A stretch of DNA of 64,000 nt from Eledone cirrhosa (GCA_964016885.1 OZ024755.1:17298001-17362000), one strand, 5' to 3'; positions 1 to 13,978 are shown, numbered from the stretch's first letter. The notes: generated from the letters alone by a model not told the origin. Translations and numbers: made by a program.

Positions 1-879
1 TTTTGACTAAGTAAATTAGTCTAATTGTTGGAGTTATAAAAACCCCCAGATTGGAAAAAGGATGAGCATTGACGAACCCACATCTTTAGCTATCATGACC
101 ACTATATTATCCATTACACAAATTATTATAATAGTATTGAGTTCGAATCCCACCGAGGTTCAAATCTTGCCCATGTTAGATTTGCCTTTTATCCTTATGG
201 GGTCGATAAACTAAAGCAACCACTGGGGTTGATTTATTCAACTTTCTCCTCCCACAAATTGTTGGCCTTGTGCCTAAATCAGAAACAATTATTATAATAG
301 TAATTTTTATAATTATGATTGTTTACATTTAGAGATAATTATTTCTATCAAAATATTTTATCAGGTTTTTATTATAAATCTACAACTATTTGATAATAGG
401 TGATGATGTCGACTTTTATCCATTTAGGGGCTTTTATGCTTAATTTGTTAAACTATTTTTCATAGTAAAAAAATGTTATAAGCTTCTAAATTTTCAATAA
501 ATACATATCCACTCAATGTTTCTAAAGATAGATCATTGTTTACATTCTGGTCAAGATAAGACTTCAAAATAATAGCAAAACTGTCAGCCTTGCTTTAGAG
601 CAATCAGTAGGTTAGCCTGTCTGACATACAGCAGATGTGAGTTTGAGTTCCATGTTTTTCTGTCCAGGGGCTTTTATGCCTAGTTTGTTAGACTATTTTT
701 TTATAGTAAAAAAAAAAAAAATACATTGAAGCTTCTAAATTTTTTTATAAATATCTTTTAGATTTATGTATATGATTTCCATCCAACTTTTTAATAACAC
801 CATTCTTGTGATAAGAGGTTGTTTTGTTTTGTTTTTTATAAAACCCTCTATAGTGTGATAAACCAAATTTCATGAAAAT

Positions 880-1460
880 AACATTCTGTTTATACCTCGA
901 TACCTTGTTTTGGTAATGTCCCAATTTTACCAAAGTTATATTCCATCTATATATTAGTTGGCTGATTTTTTACAAATTTTCCAAAAATTACCTTCCATCT
1001 ATATCAGAATTATACCAATAATTTCAAATATTGTATGAAAAATATATATTCCGTCCAAACTTTGTTTTTGGTAATTTCCAAATTTTACAAAAATTATATT
1101 CCATCCATATGGAATAATTTATGGTAAAATTTCCAAATTTCAGAAAAATCACATTCCATTTACGTATATCAAATTTTAGTAATTTCCTCATTTTCCAAAA
1201 ATTACACTTTGCCCATATAATTAAGTAATTTTTTTGAATGATGTGAAAATTACTCTTTGGCCATATCAGATTTTGGTAATTTTCAATAAGCTTGAAAATT
1301 ACTCTCCGTCCATATCAGATTTTGGTAATTTTCAATAAACCTGAAAATTACTCTCCGTCCATATCAATTTTTTGCTAATTTTCAAAATTGTCAGAAATTT
1401 ACTACTCACCTATGTTAAATATTTGGTCATTTTTTCCATCAGTTGTGAAAATAACAAGGT
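880..1460. repeat. Degenerate minisatellite, about 49-bp unit
   Basis: Recurrent ccatatcagattttggtaattttcaataa..tgaaaattactctccgt; 49-bp period clearest at 1261-1380. Confidence 0.7.
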
Positions 1461-1724
1461 GGTCATATATTCTCTTTAAATATATGTGTTGGGGTTTAGT
1501 TGTGTATTGATAAAATTTAGTAGATTTTTCTGTCTATACTGGTCTTTTATAGAACATTCCAAATATTTTAATACTTTTATTGCCACTGACTTATATTCAA
1601 AGCTTTTATAGGCCTCTTTACTGTCTGTCATAGAACAATAGGAGGAGAACTAATAATATTATCTATATTGTACTGATCATACATTCCATGCAAGAGCACA
1701 GTATTAACTCTTGGCTGTATGAAT

Positions 1725-2261
1725 ATAAATGTATATGTATGGATATGTATGTATATGTATGTATATACATATAGATATATATGTATATAAATGGATATGT
1801 ATATATATATGTATATAAATGGATATGTATATATATATATGTATATAAATGGATATGTATATATATATATGTATATAAATGGATATGTATATATATATGT
1901 ATATAAATGGATATGTATATATATATGTATATAAATGGATATATATATATGTATATAAATGGATATATATATATGTATATAAATGGATATATATATATAT
2001 ATGTATATAAATGGATATGTATATATATATGTATATAAATGGATATGTATATATATATATATATATGTATATAAATGGATATGTATATATATATATGTAT
2101 ATAAATGGATATGTATATATATATGTATATAAATGGATATGTATATATATATGTATATAAATGGATATGTATATATATATATGTATATAAATGGATATGT
2201 ATATATATATATATATATGTATATAAATGGATATGTATATATATATATATGTATATAAATG

Positions 2262-2315
<54 letters not shown>

Positions 2316-2490
2316 GTGTAATCATATGCATATATATACTTGTGTTCATATATATATGTCTTTAAACCATATATATATATATACATATATTTATAAATTT
2401 ATATGTATTTATATGTATATATATGTGTGTCTTTAAACCATATATATATATATATATATATACACGCACATATATAAATAAATTTATAAA

Positions 2491-2529
<39 letters not shown>

Positions 2530-2530
2530 T
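1725..2530. repeat. (TA)n-based compound minisatellite (gtatataaatggatatgta + (TA)n)
   Basis: Direct reading; produces spurious YI-repeat ORFs. Confidence 0.95.
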
Positions 2531-4003
2531 CTTGAAGAAGAAAAGAAATAATTATTTTGCATTCTAATTCTAAAAGGGTTGTTTACAATAATATTCTGTA
2601 TATTTTATAGAAAATCAATTCTCTGTGTTATAAGATCCAAATTTCAATACAGTAAACTGTGACCTTTATTGTTATTTTTACTTTTATGTTCCTTTTTTTA
2701 AATATTTTTCACAATATACAATATTTTTCAAGTCATTTATTCAACACCTTTTATGGTTGAACATAAGTCAGTCGTTTGATAATTTTTAGAATGCTACACG
2801 AAATAAATTCCATTAAAACCTTTGATTTTTTAATATAATATTGAAGAATTATGACAATTATCAATATTTTATGTTTTCTGCCAAATTTCTTTTATCCTTG
2901 ATTGATTACTGCTGAGAATGGTGATCAATTTACATTATTTTACCATTAATATATTCTGACATTCAAATCCATTATGGATGTTAGAAATTAATTTTCATGA
3001 TTTTTATTCATTCCCTCGTGTGAAGTGTGGATATACATTTTGTTATACAAATAATATAAAGTTCACATATTGCCTTACTCTATGAAATATTGGACTATTG
3101 AGATGAGAATGTTACAGCTTCAAATCTTGTCAATGGTATTTAATAGTACTCATAAATATTTAAAGAAAAGAATATTCTATATAATTCAGTCAGCCAAGCT
3201 AAACGTATTCCACTCAGATTTACTACATATGTGGGGACATGTAGCCTAGTGGTAAAGGAGTTGGGCTAATGATCATAATGTTGTGTGTGTGTTTGATCCC
3301 TGAACTGACTTGTGTGTTGTGTCCTTGATCAAAACACTTCATTTCACTTTGTTCCAGTATACTCAGCTGAAAATGAATACCAATAGAAGTTGGGAGCTAG
3401 TCATATGAGAGACTGTATCCTGTCTTGGGGGAAGTATTGTATTGTCAGTTACTTAATGTCCATGAACCTGGGAGAAGCTCAATTTCATCTAACCTATATG
3501 TGGCCTAGTGGTAAAGGTGTTGAACTTATGATTATAATGTCATGGTTCGATTCCTGGACAGGACTGGGTTGTGGGTTTTGTTCTTCAGCAAAACACTTCA
3601 TTTCATGTGGCTCCAGTATACTCGGTTGAAAATGAGTACCAGCAATAGCTGGGAGTTTAACCCTGTGATGGACTGGTGTCCCTGCCAAGGGGAAACTTTA
3701 TACACTCAGCTGCTTAATGCCATCAGAAGATAGAATGAGAAACAGATGATGAAATACAAAGATAGAGAATGAGAAAAGGAAAGAATGGAAAATAATTTTT
3801 TGAAAATGAAACATGTGTATTCAGTCAGCCAGGGTAAAAGAGATTAAATCTCTAATATGTCCGGGAGATTAATAGTTATTGAAACAGTTAGTACCTTTTA
3901 TTTTTCATCTTGTATTTTCCGTTTGTTTCAGTTTAAATCTGTCAAACCAACATGGTCTTTCAACCCTCGTAATTTTAAACACCCAATTTACTGTGTTTAT
4001 TTC

Positions 4004-4060
<57 letters not shown>

Positions 4061-4152
4061 AGTGTAACTTGGAGTTACTGCAGGTTCACTCGGGTGAGCA
4101 CTCTGTGTTTAGGTTCACTACTGTGTCGAGGTGTAGAGCTATACAGAGTGTA

Positions 4153-4455
4153 ATATATTGAAAGGATAACAAGGACGATTGGTTTCTCCTTCATTACATT
4201 TATTGGTAGGTGACGCGTGTTTCGCCACTGATCAGCTCAAGGTTCGATCTGTATCGATCTTACCCGACTCTATAATCGGCAGCTCGACGGACCCTTTATT
4301 TTTCTACTAGCATTTTAAAGGGTCCGTCGAGCTGCTGATTATAGAGTCGGGTAGGATCGATACAGATCGAACCTTGAGCTGATCAGTGGCGAAACGTGCG
4401 TCACCTACCAATAAATGTAATGAAGGAGTAACCAATCGTCTTTGTTATCCTTTCA

Positions 4456-4461
<6 letters not shown>
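4153..4461. repeat. Near-perfect inverted repeat (146-bp arms, 17-nt loop)
   Basis: 4153-4298 is the reverse complement of 4316-4461 with 6 mismatches. Confidence 0.95.
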
Positions 4462-4525
<64 letters not shown>

Positions 4526-4711
4526 ATATATATATATATATATAAATGGATATGTAGGTATAAATCAAAATGGATGCAGTAAAACCAGAGTGCTTGATAC
4601 TTGGGGTAGGAGAGTGTGATAATATAAAAGAGTTGGGACCCAGATGGCTGAGCTCTTCCTGTTTGGAACTAGTTGTTGAAATGGCAAGAGCTCAGCTGTC
4701 GGGGTCCCGAC

Positions 4712-4772
<61 letters not shown>

Positions 4773-4776
<4 letters not shown>

Positions 4777-4876
4777 AACCAGTAAGACCCCGACGGCTGA
4801 GCTCAAGCCGTTTCAACGGCTAATTCTGGACGTCAAAACGGCTTGAGCTCAGCCGTCGGGGTCTTATTGGTTCCTA
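4773..4876. repeat. Inverted repeat, 41-bp arms, inside a (TA)n-embedded repeat module
   Basis: taggaaccagtaagaccccgacggctgagctcaagccgttt versus its reverse complement, 1 mismatch. Confidence 0.9.
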
Positions 4877-5359
4877 TTACCCACTCTACTACCCCAAGTA
4901 TTGAGTACTTTGGTGCGTTATGGTCCACCTGGTTTCTTACCACATTTCCTTCGTTATATATATATACACTCACATATGTACATATGTACACATGTATGTG
5001 AGTTTGTGTGTATATATCTGTATGTTTAAGCTTGGTTGACCGAAGGAAATAGTATAATCTAAATAATATATACAACATAGAAATATCAAACACATAATGT
5101 TCCATTCAGTATTTGAACACAAGATTCCTTGACCATTAGTCCAGTAGCTCAAACAGTCAAGACTATATGATTTATTATTTTTATTTAAACTGTTATTTCA
5201 ATATTCATTTTCTGAAAGTATCATTTTTTTAAAACAAAATATTCAATTCTAATTTTCAATATTTTATAAGATTGTGATAGATTATATTCTAAGATTGTGA
5301 CTTGATTATACTTCTATGACATTGCATTCCAACTTTTTACAAAGTATTGCTGTATATCT

Positions 5360-5367
5360 GATATGTG

Positions 5368-5429
<62 letters not shown>

Positions 5430-5452
5430 CATATGTATATGTATATATGTAT

Positions 5453-5486
<34 letters not shown>

Positions 5487-5566
5487 GTGTGTGTGTGTAT
5501 ATGTATATATGTATCAATATATATATATATATATAAATATGTGTGTGTGTATATGTATATATGTAT

Positions 5567-5598
<32 letters not shown>

Positions 5599-5701
5599 GT
5601 GTGTGTGTGTGTATATGTATGTATATATCTATATATATATATTTGTGTGTGTGTGTGTGTATACACGTACACATCTTTTTCTCTCCATGTATGTTTGCAT
5701 T

Positions 5702-5734
<33 letters not shown>

Positions 5735-5784
5735 ATATATCTATATACATATATATATCAGTATGTACGTATATTACTTATATT

Positions 5785-5824
<40 letters not shown>

Positions 5825-5835
5825 TGTGTGTATGA
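5360..5835. repeat. (TA)n/(TG)n compound microsatellite
   Basis: Direct reading. Confidence 0.95.
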
Positions 5836-6087
5836 GTAGTGTTTGTTCTGTATATTATACTGATTAATAAAAGAATTATTGGTAAATATATATGAAAAAA
5901 TTGTCTGTTATTATTAACAATGGTAATATCAATAGAAACGTTATAAAACTCAAGCTGCTTCTATTTTTAATTAATCAATTATTTCATTATAAGCGTATTG
6001 CCCGCTTAAACTATTATGAAATAATTTTTAATATAAAGAATTGCATCTGTATTTACATAGGGAAAAGTGCACGTAATATGATGATGA

Positions 6088-6125
<38 letters not shown>

Positions 6126-6710
6126 AGTATATGTTGGTTGTATACCAACACCTCAGTATGCAGGCTGGAGCACTCGACGCAGTGCGCAGGTTGGTTTGGT
6201 TACTCCGGAGTAATGTAAAATAAAGTTAAATAAAAAGTCAAATGTTTAAATATATAAACGAAGCTAAATTTTAAACATTTGACTTTTTATTTAACTTTAT
6301 TTTATATATTCATATATATATATATATATTTTAATATCGGTAGAGAGTCGGACACCATGCTTTGAAGCATAGAATTACGTCCCTTTATGATCTGAGTTCA
6401 AATCCCGCCGAGGTTAAATTTGCCTTTCATCCTTATGGGGTCGATAAAATAAAGTACCGGTAATGTATTGGGTAATTGCTGGCCTTGTGCTAAAAATAGA
6501 AACCATTATTTTAATAATAATGGTTTCTACTATATGCACAAGGCCAGCGATTTGGAGAGAGTGGAAAGTTGTAATGTGAATGGCTGTTCAGTGCTGTATG
6601 TGAACATGTGTGTTGTCAATGGCATGTACATATACAAGAGAAAAATATGGGAAGAAATGGTTATGACTGATATTAGCAAGTTGAGTGTCTATCACATACA
6701 AGTTGAAGAA

Positions 6711-7044
6711 ATCACCATCATTTTACGTCCGCTTTTCCCTGCTTGCAAGGGTGGGACAGGAACTGATTCTGGCTTGATTTCTACAGCTGGATGCCCTTCC
6801 TAACACCAACCTCATTTACAGTGAATGCTGGGTGCTTTTTTTGCTGTGGCACCTCCACGACCACTTTGCAGTGAAATGATAGGGACCCCAGTCCCTATCA
6901 TCTCATTTCTACAGCTGAGTAAACTGGAACAATGTGAAATAAAGTGTCTTGCTCAAGGAAACAACACATCACCCGGTCTGAGAATTGAACTCACAACCTT
7001 TCGATTGCAAGCCCTATGCTCTAACCACTTAGCCATGTGCCTCC
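6711..7044 (-). mobile_element. SINE family B (tRNA-like head, CORE/Meta-like body, RTE-derived tail), full length
   Basis: Minus strand reads GGAGGCACATGGCTAAGTGGTTAGAG (A box)...GAGTTCAATTC (B box)...CCTTGAGCAAGACACTTT...tail GCGGACGTAAAATGATG. Near-identical copies at 21266 and 54811. Confidence 0.85.
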
Positions 7045-8081
7045 ATATTCATGGAAATATCAATATAAATGGCAATGTGCTGTATGACAAACCTAGCAAA
7101 CCCATCCCAGATGATGATGCTGATGGAGATTATAATGATATTTGTTACAAGTGTGAATAAGTTTCTAAGTTATAACATGTCAATGGTCAATATTCTTTTT
7201 AAAGTTATATATTCAATATATCTGGTTTATAGCATTTATGGGTTAATATTTCTTTTCTTTTTACAATCAAGAATTAATGTGTTAATTATTGGAGTATTTT
7301 TATTGCACATAAACATCCTATTATTAACCACTCAGCTGTGAAAGACTTCTCTTACCAATAAACCATAATAAACAACAGGTGCGTGTCTGTATCTCAATAT
7401 CCATTAATCAATTGATACAATTTCAGTTATTAGTCTTCTAAATACTTTGATCAGAGGAACCTCTAGCTGGACGCTCAGCCAACTAGAAATAACTACCAAT
7501 TCTCCCTTAATATACCCTGGTATATTTTTTATTTGTAAATAAAGACACATTGAACTTGTGATGTTGTAAATGTGATCACAGCTGAACATTTTTGATCATG
7601 AGTCAACTTGATGAGAGCTGGCTTGGGATAAACAAGGGCAAGCTGTCCAACCCATGCCAGTATGAAAAGTGTATGTAAAACAATGACAATAATGTTATAG
7701 AAAGGTCAGAATTCTCTGCCCACTGAAGAAGAAACTTTGTCTTTGGGATGCAATTATGGCTATCATCATCATCATCATCATCATTTAACATCTGCTTTCC
7801 CTGCTAGCAAGGGCTGGACAGGTCTACATAGACCAAGTTAGTACTAAAATGGGACCACTGACAGACATCCCAGACAGGTCAAGGAAGTCTGTATCCTGCT
7901 TACATATGGTCATATCGAGTGCAGAGGTGAAGTTGTGTCTTTTGACACAAACTGAAAGCTCCTCCTAACCCTTTCGTTTGATAAGCTTTCTACAGCTAGA
8001 TGCCCTTCCTAACATCAACCACTTTACAGTGTGTACTAGGAGCTTTTGTGTAGATCACCAACACTAGGGAGGGTGTCATGT

Positions 8082-8146
<65 letters not shown>

Positions 8147-8834
8147 ATGTGTTAAAATATACTAGAATAACTAAGACATACTCTTAAACGTTGTTAGACT
8201 ACAACTGTTTCCAATGACAGGAGTTCTAGTTGTTCAAACAGCAGCAGCATGATCATGAAATTAATGTATGAGTGATTTAGCAATCCTCAGACACATGTAT
8301 CCTTAACGTAGTTCTCAGGGAGATTCAGTGTAACACAAGGTTTGAAAAGTTTGGCCCTTTTAAGTACAGATACAACTCATTTGAGTTCACTGAAGAAATA
8401 TGAAATAAAGTGTCTTAATCAAGGATACAATGTGCCACTGGGAATCGAACTCATGACCTTATAATTGCTAACTGAACAACCTAACCAGTAAGCCACTAAC
8501 TTTCATTTCTCTTAAATAAGGTATTGCATATGTGTTTAAAAATCCTTGACATTGATAAATCTCTTTCAATTAAACTGTAAAAAAATAATTCCATTTGTTA
8601 TAAATTATTATTAGAATGTGTTATAAAAGAAATTCTGTTAATAATTTATTCATAAAGAATGAGATATTATTTTTTTAGCAGTTAATTGAAAGAGATTTAT
8701 GATACTCTAAGATTTTGAAATATATACATTTTAATAAATATGTTATCTTTAATTGTAGTTAAATAATAATTTAGATACATATGCTGTCATTTAAATACAC
8801 ATATGATTTAAATATACATATGTTATCCATTATT

Positions 8835-9020
8835 GTGGATTGGCAGTATCGGTGGAGGGTCGTACGCCATGCTTTCCAGCATAGTTACGTCCCTTTACGA
8901 TCTGAGTTCAAATCCCGCCGAGGTTGACTTTGCCTTTCATCCTTACGGGGTCGATAAAATAAAGTACCAGTAATGCACTGGGTAATTGCTGGCCTTGTGC
9001 CTAAAGTAGAAACAATTATT
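8835..9020 (+). mobile_element. SINE family A (tRNA-like head, Deu/Nin-like central domain, (ATT)n tail)
   Basis: TGGCAGTATCGG A box, GAGTTCAAATCC B box, GCCTTTCATCCTTACGGGGTCGATAAAATAAAGTACCAG core. Many copies in the window; a second copy follows in tandem to about 9230. Confidence 0.85.
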
Positions 9021-11419
9021 ATAGGCAGTATCAGAGCATTGAACACCCTGCTTCCTGGCATAGAGTTACATCCCTGTATGCTCTAAGTTTAAATCCTGAC
9101 GATGCTAGCTTTGCCTTTCCTCCTTACAGGGTCAATAAAATAAAGCACTCGTAATGCACTGGGGTTGATTAAATCGACTTTCCCATCCCCCAAAAATGAC
9201 TGGATTTGTGCCTAAATCAGAAACCCCTATCATAGGCAACCAATTGGCAGTCATTAGAATATCAGATGGAATCGTTTGTGGTATTTGTTTCAGCTCTCTG
9301 AGTTCAAATCCCTCTGAAGTTGATAAAAAAAGTACCAGTCTGATATTGGGGTCAATTTCTCATTTCCATTCTTTCTTACTCTATATCCTTCTCTACTGAA
9401 GAGATGGATTCTAACAGGTTTAAAAATGCCCTAGAAATGCTGCATGTCAATATGGCACCCCTATGACTCCCTCAGGAGTTACAGGATATATGTTATCTGT
9501 TATTAGATAGTATATAGTGTGATGGATGAGCAGAGTTGTCAGAGCATTGGACAGATGTTTCAGTGTTTCTTCTGGCTCTTTACATTCTGAGTTAAAATCC
9601 CACCAATGTCAACTTTACCTTTCATTCTTCTGAAATAAAACAAAAATAAAGTACCAAAAATAAAGTAGTGGTGATGTGCTTGACTTTCCCCTCCTCGTAG
9701 ATTTTGAGCCATGCGCCTATGCTTTGCAGCATAGAATTACAGCCCTTTACATTCTGAGCTTAATTCCTGCCAAGGTTAGCTTTGCTTTTCATCCTTACGG
9801 GGTTGATAAAATAAAGTACCAGTAATTCACTGGGGTCAATTTAATCGATTTTCCCCCTCCCTAAATTGTTGACATTGTGCCAAAATCAGAAATCATTATT
9901 AGGCAGTATAAAAATTTGTGAAAGTATGCCTAGTGATTAATGTGTTGGTCCCACAATCATAAGGTCATAGGTTCAATTCTCAGGCTGGGCAGTACATATG
10001 TCCTTAAACAAGATGCTTCAATTCACAATACTCTAGTTCACTAAGCTGAACATAAGTACTAACAGCAGCAGCATCTGTAGTTAACCTTGTGGTGGGCTAT
10101 CTTCCTATGAATGAGGGAGTCTTTTATTCTCAGTGATTTACATCTAAATGAAACTGAAATAAACTCCATCCTGTTTGACCAACCCATGCCAGCAGGCAAA
10201 AACAAACAGATGTAAAACCCATTATGAAGATTGTGATAAAAGAAATTAAGAAATTGTGACATTTAACACAGATTACAAGAACTCTAAATGAGGAAATTAA
10301 AAGAGATCTTTATTTTACATCGAAGCTAGAACTTTCTACCAGGAGTTGCAACTGGTAGATAGTATCAACAATGGAAAGACCAATGAAAACATTGTTTTCT
10401 TGGTCTGATTGGATAAGTTCCATCTGAGGTTTGAGATCTTATTCACCAAACTCTAAAACAATTAAAACTAAATGATAGGCTTAGAACTAGTAAAAAAAGC
10501 AGGGACCTGAAAACTATATAACAGCTCAGTGTATGCTAAATGTCAAGTTTACCTATCCAGAAGAGAACAAACAATAAAGATGTCTAGCTGTCTTTATATG
10601 TTGATGAGAGACAAGAAGTATTTAGAATTTTGAGACAGCGTGTCAAAACAAACCTGGATGTCCTTTGGTAGGAAGGGTGTCTCAAGGGATTTTGGTGCAT
10701 TTTTCTTTTGTGTAAATAATGATTTATGATTTAGGCACAGGGCCAACGATTTTAAGAGCACAAGGGAACACCCTAAGTTTTTGAATAATGTTTTCTGCTT
10801 TAGGGGTACTAGGGAATACCCTATGTTATTAAAAAACATAGGGTTTTCTCTTGTGCCCCCAAAATTGTTGGCTTTGTGCCTAAATCAGAAATCTGAGTAA
10901 ATAATAAAATCCATGACCTATGTCATTTGAGGAATATCTACATTATCTTATGTGTCCTATTTTTCAAGAGGATAGAGTGTGATATGAAGGAGGTTTAACT
11001 GCTATTGCTAGCAGGTTCAATGACCATGTAGAGGTATCATTAAGTAGTATGTATATATATATATATATACATGCACACATATATATATGTACCTATGGAT
11101 TCACCGAACATTTATCATAATGCTCGGTGTGTTTGTAAACAAACATCTCGAATTAAACCGTACAGCGTCTAGCAACCATCGTTGCTCATATATATATTCA
11201 CATATATATATGTGTGTGTATATATATATAATGTGTATATATGTTAAGTAATTTGTATTAAATAATTATCCTTACGGGGTCGATAAAATAAAGTACCAGT
11301 AATGCACTGGGATAATTGCTGGCCTTGTGCCTAAAGTAGAAACAATTATATATATATATTATAAGAACAGGTTAAAATTTAAGTTAAGAACGCTTAACGT
11401 GATACAATCATCAAACATA

Positions 11420-12000
11420 AAAAAGTCAGCTAAAACTTTTTTGCACCCATTTTTGCGATTAAGTAAAGACAGAGTTATCGTTCTAGATTTGGGAAATTTG
11501 GGGAACTGGTGTCGCTAAATCGCCAAAGTTATTACCTCTACTGTTGCATTGTGGGAGGGTAATGGCTGAATTTTTTTTTTAACGTGGGCAATTTTTTTAA
11601 TTTCTTTCCCGGCATCTTGTTCCTTGTTTGATATTAATGAATAAATATCAAATAATTAATTTATTGCATACCTCTCTTTAATATGAACATCAAGTTACCA
11701 TGGGAGCGAGAGGGCAAAGGTTACGTGGAACCCCTAAACCGGTGTCAATTTTACACTATTATTCCCAAACCAATGTCGGATATTATGATTATTTTGAAGT
11801 TTTATTTATCTTCTATCTCTACACTTTCCGTATTTATAATTAAATAAATAAATTTAAGGTTTTTAATACTTTAAATATATAAAATTTACAGCAAGTTTTC
11901 TGGTAGCTTCGTTGGTAGGAGTAATGGGTATTTATTGTTTCGTAACGAGGTGAGAGGTTCGATATCGAACTGCCGTAGTAGGAATAATTTACAATGTGTT

Positions 12001-12032
<32 letters not shown>

Positions 12033-12816
12033 GCAAAAGTTCTATTTAAAATTGTTGGGATACAACAAGTAAATATTTTTATAACTGATGTAAAGCACTC
12101 GACAAGTATTTGGAGTAGATATACGATATTAATAAATGGAAACTATATTTATAAAACTGTTATATATTGTATTTTATCTGATGGCATACAATAATTTAAT
12201 TTGGTATCCCTGAAATATGTAAAATGAAATAAATATGGTTTTATAAATATAGTTTCCATTTATTAATATCGTATATATATATATATATATACATACATAT
12301 CTACGAGGTGGATTGGCAGTATCGGTAGAGGGTTGGACGCCATGCTTTCCAGCATAAATTTATTTATTTAATTATAAATACGGAAAGTGTAGAGATAGAA
12401 GATAAATAAAACTTCAAAATAATCATAATATCGGACATTGGTTTGGGAATAAATTGTATGTAAAAATTGGTGTAAAATTGACACCGGTTTAGGGGTTCCA
12501 CGTAACCTTTGCCCTCTCGCTCCCATGGTAACTTGATGTTCATATTAAAGAGAGGTATGCAATAAATTAATTATTTGATATTTATTCATTAATATCAAAC
12601 AAGGAACAAGATGCCGGGAAAGAAATTTAAAAAATTGCCCACGTTAAAAAAAAAAATTCAGCCATTACCCTCCCATGATGCAACAGTAGAGGTAATAACT
12701 TTGGCGATTTAGCGACATCAGTTCCCCAAATTTCCCTCAGCTGAAATCTCAAGAACGATAACTCTGTCTTTACTTAATCGCAAAAATGGGTGCAAAAAAG
12801 TTTCAGCTGACTTTTT
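11420..12816. repeat. Large inverted duplication (arms 11420-11856 and 12355-12816) with an inner 37-bp inverted repeat
   Basis: Arms are reverse complements with few substitutions and small indels. Inner perfect arms at 12121-12157 and 12238-12274. Confidence 0.92.
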
Positions 12817-12946
12817 CCCCTTACGATATGAGTTCAAATCCCGCCGAGGTTGACTTTGCCTTTCATCCTTACGGGGTCGATAAAATAAAGTACTAGTAAT
12901 GGACTGGGTAATTGCTGGCCTTGTGCCTAAAGTAGAAACAATTATT
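12304..12946 (+). mobile_element. SINE family A copy interrupted by a 460-bp inverted copy of upstream DNA
   Basis: Head ends ...ccagcata at 12356 and resumes ccccttacgat at 12817. Confidence 0.85.
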
Positions 12947-13633
12947 AATTAATCATTCTTTTATTCTATTCTTTTTTATTGGTTTCAAGCACCAAAACGA
13001 CCACATTACACTGTGGACTGGGCACTTTTTATCATTGCACCAAAACAACCACTTTACAGTGAGGACTGGGCACTTTTTATAGTAGCACCAAAAGGACCAC
13101 TTTACAGTGAGGACAGCGTAATTTTTCATAAATGACACCAACACAATATTCTAGCCATGATTCTCCTGTCTTTTCAGACATATTTTATCCATGACCACAT
13201 TATACAAAATGTCCTATTATTTTAAAGGTTATATGGTGTCCTTCCAGAGACATTTAGTTACAGGTTGAGAAACTATCTAAACACTCTCTCATTAGGTTTT
13301 TTAGCCCCAGGCCAACAATGATCAAGTAAATATATGATTAAAGGTCATTTTAATTTTTTATTTGTGGCTTACATCCAATGTATCCTTTAAAAACAATGAG
13401 CTGTGTTTTGAGGTAGAGTTAACTTTTTCTCTAGTATGCCAAGAAGCGCATAGAACCTCTCCCACTGGTTAATTCTGCTGTTGCTCTGACTAGAGGTGGT
13501 GATGGTGGCTGTCATGGTGGTGGTTGGTGGTGATGGTGGTGATGGTGGTTGTTGTTAATAGTGGTGGTGGTGGTGGTGGTGATGGTGGTTGGTGGTGACA
13601 ATTTTGTTTTTGTTTTTATTTCAATGAACAAAG

Positions 13634-13670
13634 TCTATCTGCTATCTCTGCAAAAGTTCATCAGTTGAAG
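13634..13670 (+). CDS. Candidate upstream micro-exon of the spectrin-repeat gene ((S)LSAISAKVHQLK)
   Basis: Long T-rich tract, AAG acceptor at 13631-33 (or a decayed CAA at 13622-24), AAG|GTAGGT donor. Ends phase 0 and reads naturally into exon 25594 (VHQLK|KLSQKLE). Confidence 0.35.
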
Positions 13671-13722
13671 GTAGGTTCTTCATGTCAATCATGTGTGAAA
13701 CTTGTTCACAACAACTCTTCTG

Positions 13723-13724
<2 letters not shown>

Positions 13725-13755
<31 letters not shown>

Positions 13756-13978
13756 AGTATACAAACATATATATATATATAAATACACACACACACACAC
13801 ATGAGTATACACACATATATATATATATAAATACACACACACACATGAGTATACACATATATATATAAATATACACACACACACATGAGTATACACATAT
13901 ATATATATATAAATATATACACACACATATATATATTTATTTATCTCTCTCTATATATATATTCACTTATATATATAT

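Noticed and set aside
1628-2562. Long YI/HT/CV-repeat ORFs here and at 5.3-5.9, 13.6-14.3, 32-33 and 58-59 kb
   Set aside because: Stop-free translations of (TA)n/(CA)n microsatellites; no splice signals or domain content.
7334-7384. Possible small exon ending CAG|GTGCGT (and a GTGAGT donor at about 637)
   Set aside because: No spectrin-like peptide, weak acceptor and no phase-compatible partner identified.
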